Origin: Squalus acanthias
Taxonomy: Eukaryota
DNA length: 64,000 bases
Direction: 5' to 3'
Assembly (NCBI GenBank): GCA_030390025.1
Contig: CM059425.1
Span: forward strand, 171,556,001-171,620,000
Below the pieces are notes generated by a model. The model saw only the letters and a list, made by a program, of their open reading frames with translations. It had not been told where the DNA came from and searched no databases. The translations under genes and the position numbers were made by a program. Positions 23,599-36,625 of the stretch are shown here, piece after piece. Position 1 is the stretch's first letter. The number at the start of each line of letters is the position of its first letter.

Positions 23599-26152
23599 AA
23601 CGACAGCAACTTGTATTTATATAGCGCCTTTAACATAGTAAAACGTTCCAAGGCGCTTCACAGGAGTATTAAAAGGCAAAATTAAAAATTTGACACCGAG
23701 CCACATAAGGAGAAATTAGGGCAGGTGACCAAAAGCTTGGTCAAAGAAGTAGGTTTTAAGGAGCGTCTTAAAGGAGGAAAGAGAGGTGGAGAGGTTTAGG
23801 CAGGGAATTCCAGAGCTTAGGGCCTAGGCAACAGAAGGCACGGCCACCAATGGTTGAGCGATTATAATCAGGGATGCTGAAGAGGGCAGAATTAGAGGAG
23901 CGCAGATATATCGGGTGGGGGGGGGGGGGGGGCTGAAGGAGATTACAGAGATAGGAGGGGTGAGGCCATGGAGGGATTTGAAAACAAGGATGAGAATTTT
24001 GAAATTGAGGCGTTGCTTAACCGGGTGCCAATGTAGGTCAGCGAGCACAGAGGTGATGGGTGAATGGGACTTGGTGTGAGTTAGGACACGGGCAGCCGAG
24101 TTTTGGATCACCTCAAGTTTAGGTAGGGTAGAATGTGGTTGGCCAGCCAGGAGTGTGTTGGAATAGTCAAGTCTAGAGGTAACAAAGGCATGGATGAGGG
24201 TTTCAGCAGCGGATGAGCTGAGGCAAGGGTGGAGACGGCCGATGTTACGGAGGTGGAAATAGGCGGTCTCAGTAATGCTGCGGATATGTGGTCGGAAGCT
24301 CATTTCAGGGTCAAATATGACACCAAGGTTGTGAACAGTGTGGTTCAGCCTCAGACAGATGTTAGGGAGAGGGATGGAGTCAGTGGCTAAGGAACGGAGT
24401 TTGTGGCACGGACCGAAAACAAAGGCTTCGGTCTTCCCAATATTTAATTGGAGAAAATTTCTGCTCATCCAGAACTGGATGTCGGACAAGCAGTCTGACA
24501 ATTTAGAGACCGTGGAGGGGTCGAGAGAAGTGGTAGTGAGGTAGAGCTGGGTATCGTCAGCGTACATGTGGAAACTGACGCTGTGTTTTCAGATGAGGTC
24601 GCCAAGGGGCAACATGTAGATGAGAAATAGGAGGGGGCCAAGGATAGATCCTTGTGGGACACTAGAGGTAATGTTGCGGGAGTGGGAAGAGAAGCCGTTG
24701 CAGGTGATTCTCTGGCTACGATTAGATAGATAAGAATGGAACCAGATGAGTGCAGTCCCACCCAGCTGGACGACGGTGGAGAGGCGTTGGAGAAGGATGG
24801 AGTGGCCAACCGTGTCAAAGGCTGCAGACAAGTCAAGAAGGGCGAGGAGGGAAAGTTTACCTTTGTCACAGTCACAAAGGACGTCATTTGTGACTTTGAT
24901 GAGAGCCGTTTCGGTACTGTGGCGGGGCGGAAACCTGATTGGAGGGATTCAAACATGGAACTGCGGGAAAGATGGGCACGGATTTGGGAGGCGACAACAT
25001 GTTCAAGGATTTTGGAGAGGAAAGGGAGGTTGGAGATGGGGCGGTAGTTTGCAAGGACGGAGGGGTCAATGGTTGTTTTTTTGAGGAGAGGGGTGATGAC
25101 GGCAGATTTGAGGGAGAGGGGGACAGTACCTGAGGAGAGAGAACCGTTAATAATGTCAGCTAACATGGGAGCCATAAAAGGAAGTTGGGTGATCAGAGTT
25201 TGGTGGGAATAGGGTCAAGGGAGCAGGAAGTGGGTCTCATGGACAAGATGAGCACGGAGAGGTCATGAGGGGAGATCAGAGAGAAACTGGAGAAAGATGT
25301 GAGTTCAGGGCTAGGGCAGGGGGGAAACCTCAGAGGAAGTTTGGCCCGGTGGGCTAGGGGAAGGAAGGGAAGTGGCAGAGGCAGCTGAACGGATGGTCTC
25401 AATCTTAGAGACAAAGAAGTCCATGAGCTCCTCACATTTGTTGTCAGAGGTGAGGGTGGAGGAGACAGGGGAGAGGGGTTTAAGAAGACGGTTAGCAGTA
25501 GAGAATAGGAGCCAGGGTTTATCTTTGCATTCCAGAATGATTCTGGAATAGTGAGCAATATTGGCAGACGAGAGCAGGTCCCGATAATGCTTTATGTGGT
25601 CCAGCCAGATCTGGCGGTGAATGGCTCAACCAGTTGTCCGTTCAAGTCTGTGTCCCTTGGACTTAAGGGAGCGAAGATGAGGACCGTACCAGGGGGAACG
25701 GCCAGGGTGAGAGAGAGTAATTGTTTAAATAGGGAATAGGGCATCAAAGGTGGTGGTGAGGGTGTGGTTGAGCAGATCGGTAGCTGCAGAAATATCATGG
25801 TGAATGGAGGGGCAAAGGCTGGACAGTTGGGATTTCATAAGTGCAGTTGTAAGAGAGTTGGGAGAGTGTTTTTTCCAGGGGCTGACACAGAAGGAAGTAG
25901 GGTTGGGGCGGGGGGGTGGAAGGGGGATGTGGGTGGAGAGCGATATGAGGAAGTGGTCAGAGATGGCCTTATCTGCGATTGACACGATGGGAGTAGCGAG
26001 GCCACAAGAGCTGGCAAGGTCGAGAGGGTGGCCGTGAATATGGGTTGGGGAGTTTACATGGAGGGAGAGATTAAGGGAGGAAAGGAGGCTACTGAACTCA
26101 GGAGAGAGAGCATGATGAATTGAGATGGAGGTTGAAATCACCGAGGATGATT
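23599..26152 (-). mobile_element. L2-clade LINE, 5'-truncated and frameshifted
   Basis: ORF fragments YADDTQLY, ETLIHAFVTSRLDYSN, NYRPISNLPFLSKILE, VPQGSILGPLLFLIY, CSLDPIPT, PTHIHGHPLDL. Tail ggcgctatataaatacaagttgctgtcgtt. Confidence 0.92.
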
Positions 26153-27594
26153 CTGCGGAATAAATCATTATCCTGTATGTACAAGACTGTGACAAAATAC
26201 TTCCTAATGCATGTAAAAGCTTTGGATTTTATTTTGAGAAGTAACCGATACAGTCTCTGAAAACAGATTAGTGCGGCGGATTACATCTTCATCAAACTGA
26301 GGGATGCCCCTACTAAGGAATGGAACATTTCTACTGTCAGTATCAAGCATTCCCAGGTCAGGTATGGTGTGCCCAGCCCCAGGCTCTCTTTTTGCCCTAA
26401 CAATGCACCTCAAGGGGTCGATTGGTATTGAAAATTGTCACGGTCACTCTTGTCTACATCTTTCTATTCAACTACTGCTTCCTATCTCACTACCAGTAAG
26501 CTATTATTCTATCTGTATGCAATAGTCTGCACTCCCAATTATCCAAATGAAGTTGCCAAGTGGATACTGAAAGCTGCTCCCCTGGTGTATGAAAAAGCTG
26601 CAGCTCAAAAGCAAATTGCTATAAGATATACATTCACCTGTGCTAATGTAGGCAGTGCATTAATCTGCCTTCAGTGATTGTATCTGTGAAGTCTTAAAAT
26701 AAAATTCATGACTCAAAAGCATCAGGCAGTATTTTGCTGCAGTCTTGTATTAATACAACATAATATATGAAGCCAACAAACAAATTATATACATTATTAG
26801 TTACTTATAACATCTGAAAAGATACTTTTCATATAATATGGAGCACAGTGACATTCCTCTGCAATTCATTATCTAAAGTGACTCAATACTGTATTCTCCG
26901 AGGTCCTAAGTAATGGTCCGACATCCTGTATCAGAATGAGCATCTGATAGTCACTCAGATTCTACATTAGCATCAATAAGAGCAATAGAAAAGGTAACAC
27001 TGGGGGCTGATCACATGATCTAGCGCTCCCAGTGGGGGCTGGTACTCACAGGGAGGGCATCTTGGGAAATCACAGCCCCTCAGCCCGTGACTGTATGAAT
27101 ATAATGGATTTTACCCCACTGGAAGTGCCATATTGCAGAATCACCCCCAAGATGCCTGCCAGATGCTTGTAGGCAATAGTTGAATCTTGGGGTCCAGCTG
27201 ACAGACAAATCACCAGAGCTTCGATCTATTTGTTTCTGCATCATAAGAACCTCTCCACTGGTTAATCACACTTGATAGACAATGAATATCATGCATTGTT
27301 GAGGCAGTGAATCAGTCAATTTATAAGCCAGGAATTAAGTGTTACCACTTTACTGAGTCACATTCCTCAATTATGATTGATGCTTCACAGAAAAGAAAAT
27401 CACCTTTCAAACCCATATATTGTCCTGCAGGTTAGGTTTGTTTCTTCCGTTCACAACAGTTTTGATATCTTCTTAAACATATACCCACCAACACAAATAG
27501 GAAAATTCTGGGAAATACTTGTGAACTAAAAAACTAAAAAGCAATTTGCAACACCGTTTTTTTTTTAAAGCACCAATGATTTTAAAAGTTTGCC

Positions 27595-27970
27595 GGATGG
27601 GGTAGTGGGTTCGACATTTTGCTTTCCCTTCTAGCACCCGAGTCAAAAATCAGCCGAACCTGATAAAATTAAATTCTCCCTTCTCTCCCTGTTGTTTGAA
27701 GGATCCCAAGGGAAATGTATTTGGGCAGCCTAACTGTCTTAGAGCATGAATCTGACTATAATTCAACACTAATTAGTAATAAACTGGTAATATGACTAAG
27801 AGAAGCCACAGGTTGGATCAGGTGCGCAATGAAAACTGCACAAAGACAGAGAAGTTCTGAGGTTGGCACTCGGGCAATGTGGCTCTTCTACACATGTGGC
27901 TGTGCTGCATTGGATCTCGTGTGCCCATGAGAATGGATGAAAAACCAGTCCATTCTGCAGCACTAATAAC
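27595..27970 (+). mobile_element. Highly decayed SINE, possibly LF-SINE-like
   Basis: Weak by-eye resemblance to the LF-SINE head (gctttcccttctag...cagcc...gaaatgtatttggg). Similar 3' pieces near 14490-14640 and 26310-26390 (-). Confidence 0.3.
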
Positions 27971-27989
27971 TCTTACTGTTGCAAATACT

Positions 27990-28460
27990 TGTTAGAGGTG
28001 AGGGTGAAGGGGGCAGGGGAGTGAGGTTTAAGAAGACAGTTGGTAGTAGAGTAAAGGAGGATGAGTTTATCTTTATCTTCTTAGAGGATCCTGGAGTAGT
28101 GAGTGGTTTTGGCAGATGAGAACCAGGTCCGAGAGAGCTTGATATGGTCGAGACAGATCTGGCAATGGACAGCTAAGCCAGTTGTGTGCCATGTACACTC
28201 AAGTTTGTGCCCCTTGGACTTGAGGGAAAGAAGATGGAGGCCATACCAGGGGAACAACTGGAATGGCAGACAGTGAAGGTTTTGCTTTGAAGAATGAGGA
28301 CATCAAAGGTGGAGGTGAGGGAATGGTTGAACAAATTAACAGCTCCAGATGTATTGTGGCGCATTAAGGACCAAAGGCTGGGCAGGTCAGAGTTTGAGAG
28401 TGCAATTGAAAGCGACATTGGAGAAAAGTTTTACTTCAGGGGTTGATGTAGAAGAAGGTG
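27990..28460 (-). mobile_element. Older L2 internal fragment
   Basis: Colinear with 25440-25900 (tgttagaggtgagggtg...gggtttaagaagac...cccttggactt). Confidence 0.75.
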
Positions 28461-28599
28461 GGGTCAGAGAAAGAGATAGACAGGCAGTTACATACTGCAG
28501 CAACGCAATGAAGACACAAACATCAGGTGAGCAGACAACTCATCATGATCAATGGAACGAGAGATCTATGAGTATTTAGCAAACATACATGCTTGGACA

Positions 28600-28865
28600 T
28601 TTTTGGCAAAAGAACCAGAGGCGAGATGAGGATAAGTTTTTAGGCAGCGAGTTGTAGAGTGCACTGCCTGAAAGGGAAATAGATTAAATAATAACTTTCA
28701 AAAGGGAATTGGATAAATACTTGAAGGGGAAAAATCTGCAGGGCTATGAGGAAAGGGCAGGGGAGTGGGACAAATTGGATAGTGCTTTCAACGAGCCGGC
28801 ACAGGCACAGGCACGATGAGCTGAATGGCCTCCTTCTGTGCTGTATCATTCTATGATGCTATGAT
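28600..28865 (+). mobile_element. CR1 3' end fragment
   Basis: Close to 37093-37363; ends gaatggcctccttctgtgctgtatcattctatg. Confidence 0.8.
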
Positions 28866-29029
28866 TTTTTAAGTCAAGATTTTCTAAAGTAGACTCTTTG
28901 ACTGTGCTTTTGGTTCCCACAACTCCTTAATTTCTCACCTCCTGCTTGTTACTGTCCTCGCATTCTCCTACATTGGGAGTGTTTTATAAATGCAAGTTGT
29001 TATTGTTAAAACTTTCTTACACCACAGCA

Positions 29030-29345
29030 CGTAGCTGAGCCATGCAGATGAGGTGGTTACAGGTGCGATTCACAGCTTTTGCTGAATTTACTGATCTCAG
29101 CTGGTTTGGCACTGGGGTGCTACAATTGGTCTCAACATGTCTAGGCTAAGGAGATAACATATTTTCCAGGGTTGCCCCCTCCTGATCCTTGCCGAAAGGT
29201 ACATGTTTGTGGATGTCAGATAAAGACAGGATCTGGCGTAGCTGTGATGATTCCCACAATCAAACAGACGGCAGGCACTCACTATCTGGGTTCACAAGTG
29301 AAGAATGGCCAATTGATTCAGGTCCAGCATTGGCACAGCCTTATC
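29030..29345 (+). mobile_element. Old SINE, same family as 12208-12555
   Basis: ctgatctcagctgg...gctacaattggtctcaac...ctcctgatc...ggatgtcag...tgtgatg...caagtgaagaatggcc. Confidence 0.5.
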
Positions 29346-31514
29346 CCAGCATCAGGAAGTGCTTTCAGGAGAGAAGGAGGGTAAAGATTAACAAAATAAA
29401 GAAGTTATTCCAACAGAAACTCGCCATGTCTTGTGGGGCAACAACCCATAAGATTCAGAGCGGCTCTGCTCATTGCAGTGAGGGCTGTGATTTTAGGCCA
29501 CCCTTGGAGACATTCGGGAGCCACCCACCTTCCCTTGCTATGTGAAAATACTGAAAACATGAGCATTTTCTGTTTTTGTTTGGGATTTGCAGCAGCATTT
29601 TGGTTTTAATTGCCCAGAATATCATCTGGCTACAAACACTTGGTGAGCACTCAGAACAAAAAGTACTCCCCCTGGATTTTCCTTTCCCTTTATGCAGTGT
29701 CTTGAAATTATAGGCAGCATCAGTTCATTGGAGGATTTTTTTGTCCACATTTGAGTAAGACTAATTATAAGAATGACACTTGTACATTGTTTTTACTATC
29801 GAGATTAATGCACTCATGACTTTCAGTACAACAGACCTGCTAATTTATTTCATCGTGAACACTGAAATGAAAATAAATCCCATTTTAGACTCCAATTTAT
29901 ATTCAAGCTTTGAGTCCATTAGTAGAACTAAGCAGTGTTGTAGTGCACAGCTACAACAATTGACTCTCAATTTTGTAGCTTTTTCCGTAGTAATTTCATC
30001 ATTTGCCAAGAAGTTTTAAGTATAGCTACTCAGTGGGTTGCTGCACTGTCCCAAAACCAGTAATTGAGGCCCAACTATTAACCTATTTCTAAATGTACCT
30101 GATGATGAACTGGGGTCTGCTCTTTCAAACAGTTTTTCTGAGAATTATCACCTGACAACGGGATTTTTTTCCCAGCTAGCTATCTACAATTATACAGCCA
30201 CTAAGTTCTTAGCTAACTGACCATGTCTGAGTCCCAACTTCATGTGACATACATGCTTGGGCTCGTCTTGAATCATAAGTTTTCCAGTTTCAGCTGGGTT
30301 CGGGGTTGTGGGGAAGGAGGAAAACAGTCACGCCTGGAGGCAACAAAGGCATGGATGAGGATTTCAACAGCAGATGAGCTGAGGCCGGGTCATCTATAGA
30401 AAATGTTGGTAACACAGGTAATATTGCTTTCTCACAAGTTAATCTCCTCAAAAAAACACAAAACCTACTTTATTTCTGAAAAAAAATTGTGAAACCCATT
30501 TATAATACACCAGAGGTATCAAATACATGAACAACTGGAGCACAAGTAAACAGAGAACCTTTTGTGCGAGTACTGACTTATCCTGCAGGTTCAATGGCAT
30601 GACCAGCAACAACACTCCTGTTGCACAATAGTCAGTCTTGGTAGTCTGCAGTAAAGGGCAGAATTAGTTAATGTGCAGGTGCTTTATACATTGGAGAATA
30701 ATTACAAATTGAATTGCCCCTTGATAAAGTGTATTCATGTTAGAGACCACATTCTCTACATGCAAACGTTTTGTTACCAAACACATTTATTTTTGGCAGC
30801 AGCAGAACCCAAGTCCCAAGCTGATGCTCAGAACCTTAAAAGAAAATAAACCGAAGACCAAACTGACAGCTCCTACTGTTATTGTGTTAATGACAAACAT
30901 TATTTATGTACTGCTGAGGTAAACTGTCCTGTTTAAGTGTTCTGATACACAAGATATCTAAAGATGGCCAATTAATGAACATAAACTCAACTGAATCACA
31001 AGTTGACACAAATCTACAAAGTTACGTGAAGAGCTATACATAAATTGCCCAAATCTCCCTTCCCTCTGATAACATGAAGGACAAGTTTCACAGAAACAGC
31101 TTTACAATTGGTTAGTACTATATTTATCATCCATATATAAAATGGAAACAACGTCTCATTACCGTCTGCACAGATTAGGGAAGTCTTAAACCATTGTTTA
31201 AAGTGCAGAAAATATAACCAAACACTTGCTTGCTAGTTCCAATAACACAGCAAATGAAAACTATGAATAATTCTGTTTAATTTGATTTAAAAGTAAAAAA
31301 TATACAATAAAATTATAAAGAAATCAGAAGTGTAATCCTGTCTTTTTCTAAAATGGCTCTCACCCTCCTTTTTATGAAGCAAAAGTCAAATACAGATTTT
31401 TTGGGGGCTTAATATTGATGGAGCTCGAGGTTGAAGATATGTACAATGATGCTCTTCATAGGCAACTCTGAATATTCAAACAAGGTACCTTGACCTGAAC
31501 ATCTGAAAAGCAGC

Positions 31515-32372
31515 CTTTGTATGCTGACGACATCAAGCTGTACCTCTGTCTCATCAGACTGCTTGTCTGACATCCAGTCTTAGAATCATAGAATGGTTAC
31601 AGCACAGAAGGAGGCCATTCGGCCCGTCGCGCCCGTGCCGGCTTGAGTCTTGAGCCCCTCACCCCACATACTCCATTCCCTTGCCACGGATTCCACCTCC
31701 TTCCCTGGCCACTGTCTAGACTGTTAGTAATCTCGGCAGCCGATTTGACCTTAAACGAGTTTCTAACCAGATATCCTCTCCATCACATAGATCGCCTACT
31801 TACACCTCCGTAACATTGCCCGTCTCTGCACCTACCGCAGCCTATCTGCCGCTGAAACTCTCATCCGTGCCTTTGTCACCTCCAGACTTCCAATGCTCTT
31901 CGGGCCGGCCTCTCATCCTCCACAAACTCCAACTCACCCAAAACTTTCCTGCCTGAATCCTATGGCATACCAAGTCCCACTCACTGTACTCACTGACCAA
32001 CATTGGCTGCCAGTCCCCCAACTTTAAATTTAAATCTCTGTCAGGCCTTGGCCCTCCCTATTTCTATAACCTCCTCTATGCCGACAACTACTTCCAAACT
32101 CTCCATTTATCTGACTCGAGCTTCTTGTCCATCATCCCCTCTAACTGTACCACCATTGGCAGCTGAGCCTTCAACCGTCCTGGCTCCATATTCTTAAATT
32201 GTCTCCTCCATCTCTCTCTCTCCTCCTTAAAACCAATCTCTTTGATCAAACTTTTGGTCACCCCTTCTAATATCTCCATCTTTGGCTCAGAATCTATTGT
32301 TTAATTACACCTCTACGAAGCACTTTGGGATGTTTTTTCTACGTTAAAGCAGCAATATATAGGCAAGTTGCA
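31515..32372 (+). mobile_element. L2 LINE 3' portion with a 64-bp antisense CR1 tail inserted at 31582-31645
   Basis: tatgctgacgac (YADD), ETLIRAFVTSRL, L2 tail. The insert agaatcatagaat...ggccattcggccc is flanked by agtctt duplicates. Confidence 0.8.
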
Positions 32373-35018
32373 CTTAAATTCCTACAATGATAGATGCTCA
32401 TCAATTTAATGAATGAGGTTGTCCAACAGGCCCTCAATGTAATGAGAGGAGTTCTAGAGCCATGCTCTTCCCCAAGATGTGATCTATGCCTACTGTCACC
32501 CATTTTTCAAGCTTTTATTTAATTCAGTGAAGTTTACACACTTTCCTCACTTATGACAAATTAGGTTACATTACACGTACTTGTAAATACATATTCAAGT
32601 TCAAGTTCCTAAAGCTTCTGGGGGCTAAAAAGCGGCCCCGGAATCCCTGGCCAATTTGGCTACATCATGTGTCCTAATTTGATGCAAGGCTATTCAATAT
32701 ATCTATGTGTTTGTATGTGGATAAATAAGTAACTCCCATCTCATTTGTCAGGCTGCATTTGGACCCATTTCCTAGAAATGAAAAGTGTATAACTTTACCA
32801 ATCTTAGGCCTCTGGAATTTTCATAAACTTCCACTAAAATATGGCTTGATCAAAAACTTCCAAGTCAAAGTTTATTTTGAACAAAGCTAAAATAAAAGAA
32901 GAAATTTCAAATACACCTTCAGAAAACAAAATATTTTAAATAAATGGGATGTCAGGGATAAAGAAAGGACTGACACAAGCAGTAATAAAAGATAACTGGC
33001 AATATGTTAGCGAATATTATCACCAAAATGGCAATTAAAAATTTCTATGCCGTAACCCCATTCCCTAACTACCACGTGGTACCAAAGCAGGAGCAACAAA
33101 ACGTCAATCCAGCAGAGACACAGGTAGACGGGACTAGCCTGGTTAAGGGTGTATTTCTTTAATTTTAAAAACTGTCACAAAATGACAGTGTGGAGGAATG
33201 ACAGAAGGTAAATTCTGAAATCTAAATCTAAATAAAATTGAATGCTCTTTTAAAATTCAAGTAAGCAAATGAACTGCAACTTGTAGAACAATTTAATTTA
33301 AACAATGTATGTGTACCAGTCAACTTGACCACTGGGAAAACAGAAGAACACAACATGCTTGGATTAGTTAGTACAGACGTGTGATGGTTTCCATTCCTTC
33401 CACTAGAGCAAGTTATTGATGAGAGTCTTCATGTTTAATGTGACTGTCAGATTAACTACCAGAGATAGTTCACAACAAGAACACCCCCGATAAAATGGCA
33501 ACTTAAATGGTGATTTTATTTTTTTTAAGGAATGGTGTCCTTGAGTGATTCTCGAAAACACCCCCTGCCATAGATAATGGCAAATTCTAATTTAAAAGGG
33601 TTAGAATGCTAAAAGCTCAATAAATAATCAATATTATTTCTTCACTGAGTAGCACATATGAATGTTAACCTTTATTACCTATGAAGTAGTTCTACAAAGA
33701 CACTACATTTTTATGACTTTTTAATGAATAAAACTGTACAGTATTTGGAACTAAAAAGTGAAGACAATGCAGTGAATTGTTACATAAAACCAATGATTGT
33801 AAGTTTGGTGACATTCAGAATCGATGATACATGGTTTATTTTGTGTAAGAACATTAGTATTCCTTCTGATTTTTAAAGTCATAAGACTCTAAGTACATAA
33901 AGTAATGTATTATGCCCTTATCAAAAGAATATTAGTGACATTCAACAGCAAAACATACATTCCACTTATGAATGTGATTAACATAATCTATCCACTCTTC
34001 TGACTCCACAAGGTCCGCAAGCACTGAATGATGAGATATGTAATGCCCACTGGAGGTGAAGTCAAGTAGAACTAATTAAAGAACAGTAATTTCACCTGAT
34101 TTTAAAAGGCCACATTGCTGCAGAAACCTTGTTCAACAACATTCTTGTATATTCAGCTATAAAACTTCTGAGGTGCTCACACACAAGCAGAAAGAACATT
34201 TTAATGCACATGATGTAAACATCTGTACCTTACACTTCCACCCTTTTAAGTAAATCAAGTTGTAGGAGCTGTATCAGTAATAATGTGGGGATTAGGAAGA
34301 ATGATCAGGTCTGGGTATGAAGGACACATGACTTATACGATTTCACAATTAGTGAATGACAAGGTTATGTCAGTTGGGTTTTCAAATGTGCTATCTATGC
34401 CGTGCAGGAGTTTTCTGAAATCATTCAATATTTAATTTAAACTGTTTTGGAGAGGAAGACATGTAAAATAGAACCTGCGTTTTCCTGAAAAGTCACAAAT
34501 CGGTGATGAGGAAACTTTTAGAGTCAATAATCCAGTAGAAAATTAATTGCCACTTAGAAAAATATGGCTTAATAAATGAAAGCCAGCATGGATTTGTTAA
34601 AGGAAAATTGTGTTTGACTAACTTTACTGAGTTCTTTGATGAAGTAACAGAGAAGATTGATGAGGGTACTGTGGGTGATGCTGTGTACATGGACTTAAAA
34701 AAGGTGTTTAATAAAGTACCACACAATACACTTGTTAGCAAAATTGAAGCCCATGGGATTAAAGGGGCGTTGCTGCATGGGTACAAAATTGGCTAAGGGA
34801 CAGAAAGCAGAGAGTAGTGGAGAGTGGTTGTTTTTCAGACTGGAGGAAAGTGTGCAGTGGTGTCCCCCAGGGGCCGGTATTAGGACCACTGCCCTTTTTG
34901 ACATATATTCATGACTTGGACTTCGGATATAGAGGGCATAATTTCAAAGTTTGCAGATGAAAAAACTCGTAAATGTAGTAAACAGTGAGGAGGATAGTAA
35001 CAGACTTCAGGAGGACAT

Positions 35019-36082
35019 TCAATAGTTAGGGGAGCAGACAGGCGCTTCTGCGGCCGCAGACGTGACTCCAGGATGGTATGTTGCCTCCCTGGTGCCAGGG
35101 TCAAGGATGTCACTGAGCAGCTGCAGGACATTCTGAGGGGGGAGGGTGAACAGCCAGAGGTCGTGCTCCATATCGGTACCAATGACAAAGGTAGAAAGAG
35201 GGATGAGGTCCTGCAGGCAGATTTTAGGGAGCAAGGAAAGAGATTAATAAGCAGGACCTCAAAGGTAGTAATCTCCGGATTACTCCCAGTGCCACGCGCG
35301 AGTGAGTACAGAAATAGGAGGATAGAGCAGATGAATGAGTGACTGGAGAGATGGTACAGGAGGGAGGGCTTTAGATTCCTGAGGCACTGGGACCGGTTCT
35401 GGGGGAGGTGGGACCTGTACAAGCTGAACGGGTTGCACCTCAACAGGGCTGGGACCAATATCAGCCCAGGGAGGTTTGCTAGTGCTGTTGGGGAGGGTTT
35501 AAACTAGCTTGGGAGGGGGATGGGAACCTGAGAGTGGATTCAGAAGGGAGATAAGCAAAGCTAGAAATGGAAGGCAGAAAATTAGTAAGTGAGTTTGGAA
35601 GGCAGAGGAAACAAAAGCTAGAAAATAGACAATAAAGGGGTTTGGCAGTCTTTAATGGTATATACTTCAATGCAAGGAGCCTAATAAATAAGGCAGATGA
35701 GCTGAGGGCACAGATAGACACGTGGGAGTATGATATCATAGCTATGACTGAAACATGGCTGTAAGAAGGGCAGGAATGGCAGCTCAAAATTCCTGATTAC
35801 AGGGTTTTCAGACGAAATAGAGAAGGGCATAAAAAAGGATGGGGGCTCACAATATTGGTTGAAGAAACAATTACAGCTGTGAGGAGGGATGATATGTTAG
35901 AAGGATCATCAAATGAGGCCATATGGGTTGAACTGAAGAACAAAAATAGGGTAATCACACTGCTGGGAGTGTATTATAGACCACCAAATAGTCAGAGGGA
36001 GATAGAAGAGCAAATATGTAGGCACATTTCTGAGAAGTGTAAAAACAATAGGGCAGTAATAGTAGGGGATTTTAACTACCCT
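35019..36082 (+). mobile_element. Internal CR1 fragment: ORF1 SGNH esterase region plus the start of the ORF2 AP endonuclease
   Basis: CCLPGARVKDV...VVLHIGTND...VVISGLLPVP, then YFNARSL...ETW...GVYYRPP...IVGDFNYP. Confidence 0.85.
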
Positions 36083-36625
36083 TTGCTGATGATTGAGAGT
36101 AGACTGATGGGGCGGTAATTGGCCGGGTTGGATTTGTCCTGCTTTTTGTGGACAGGACATATCTGGGCAGTTTTCCACATTGTCGGATAGATGCCAGTGT
36201 TGTAGCTGTACTGGAACAGCTTGGCTAGAGGCGCGGCTAGTTCTGGAGCACAAGTCTTCAGCACGATAGCTGGGATGGTGTCGGAGCCCACAGCCTTTGC
36301 TGTATCTGGTGTGTCCCGCCATTTCTTGATATCACGTGGAGTGAATCGAATTGGTTGAAGACTGGCTTGTGTGATGGTGGGGACCTCAGGAGGCGGCCGA
36401 GATGCATCATCCACTTGGCACTTCTAGCTGAAGATTTGGCAAACGTTTCAGCCTTGTCTTTTGCACTCATGTGCTGGGCTCCACCATCACTGAGGATGGG
36501 AATGTTCATGGAGCCTCCTTCTCCTGTTAGTTGTTTAATTGTCCACCACCATTCACGACTGGATGTGGCAGGACTGCAGAGCTTTGATCTGATCTGTTGG
36601 TTGTGGGATCGCTTAGCCCTGTCTA
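36083..36625 (-). mobile_element. Internal fragment of a different CR1-group LINE family
   Basis: KTCAPELAAPLAKLFQYSYNTGIYPTMWK...PVHKKQDKSNPANYRPISLLSIISK. Confidence 0.8.
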
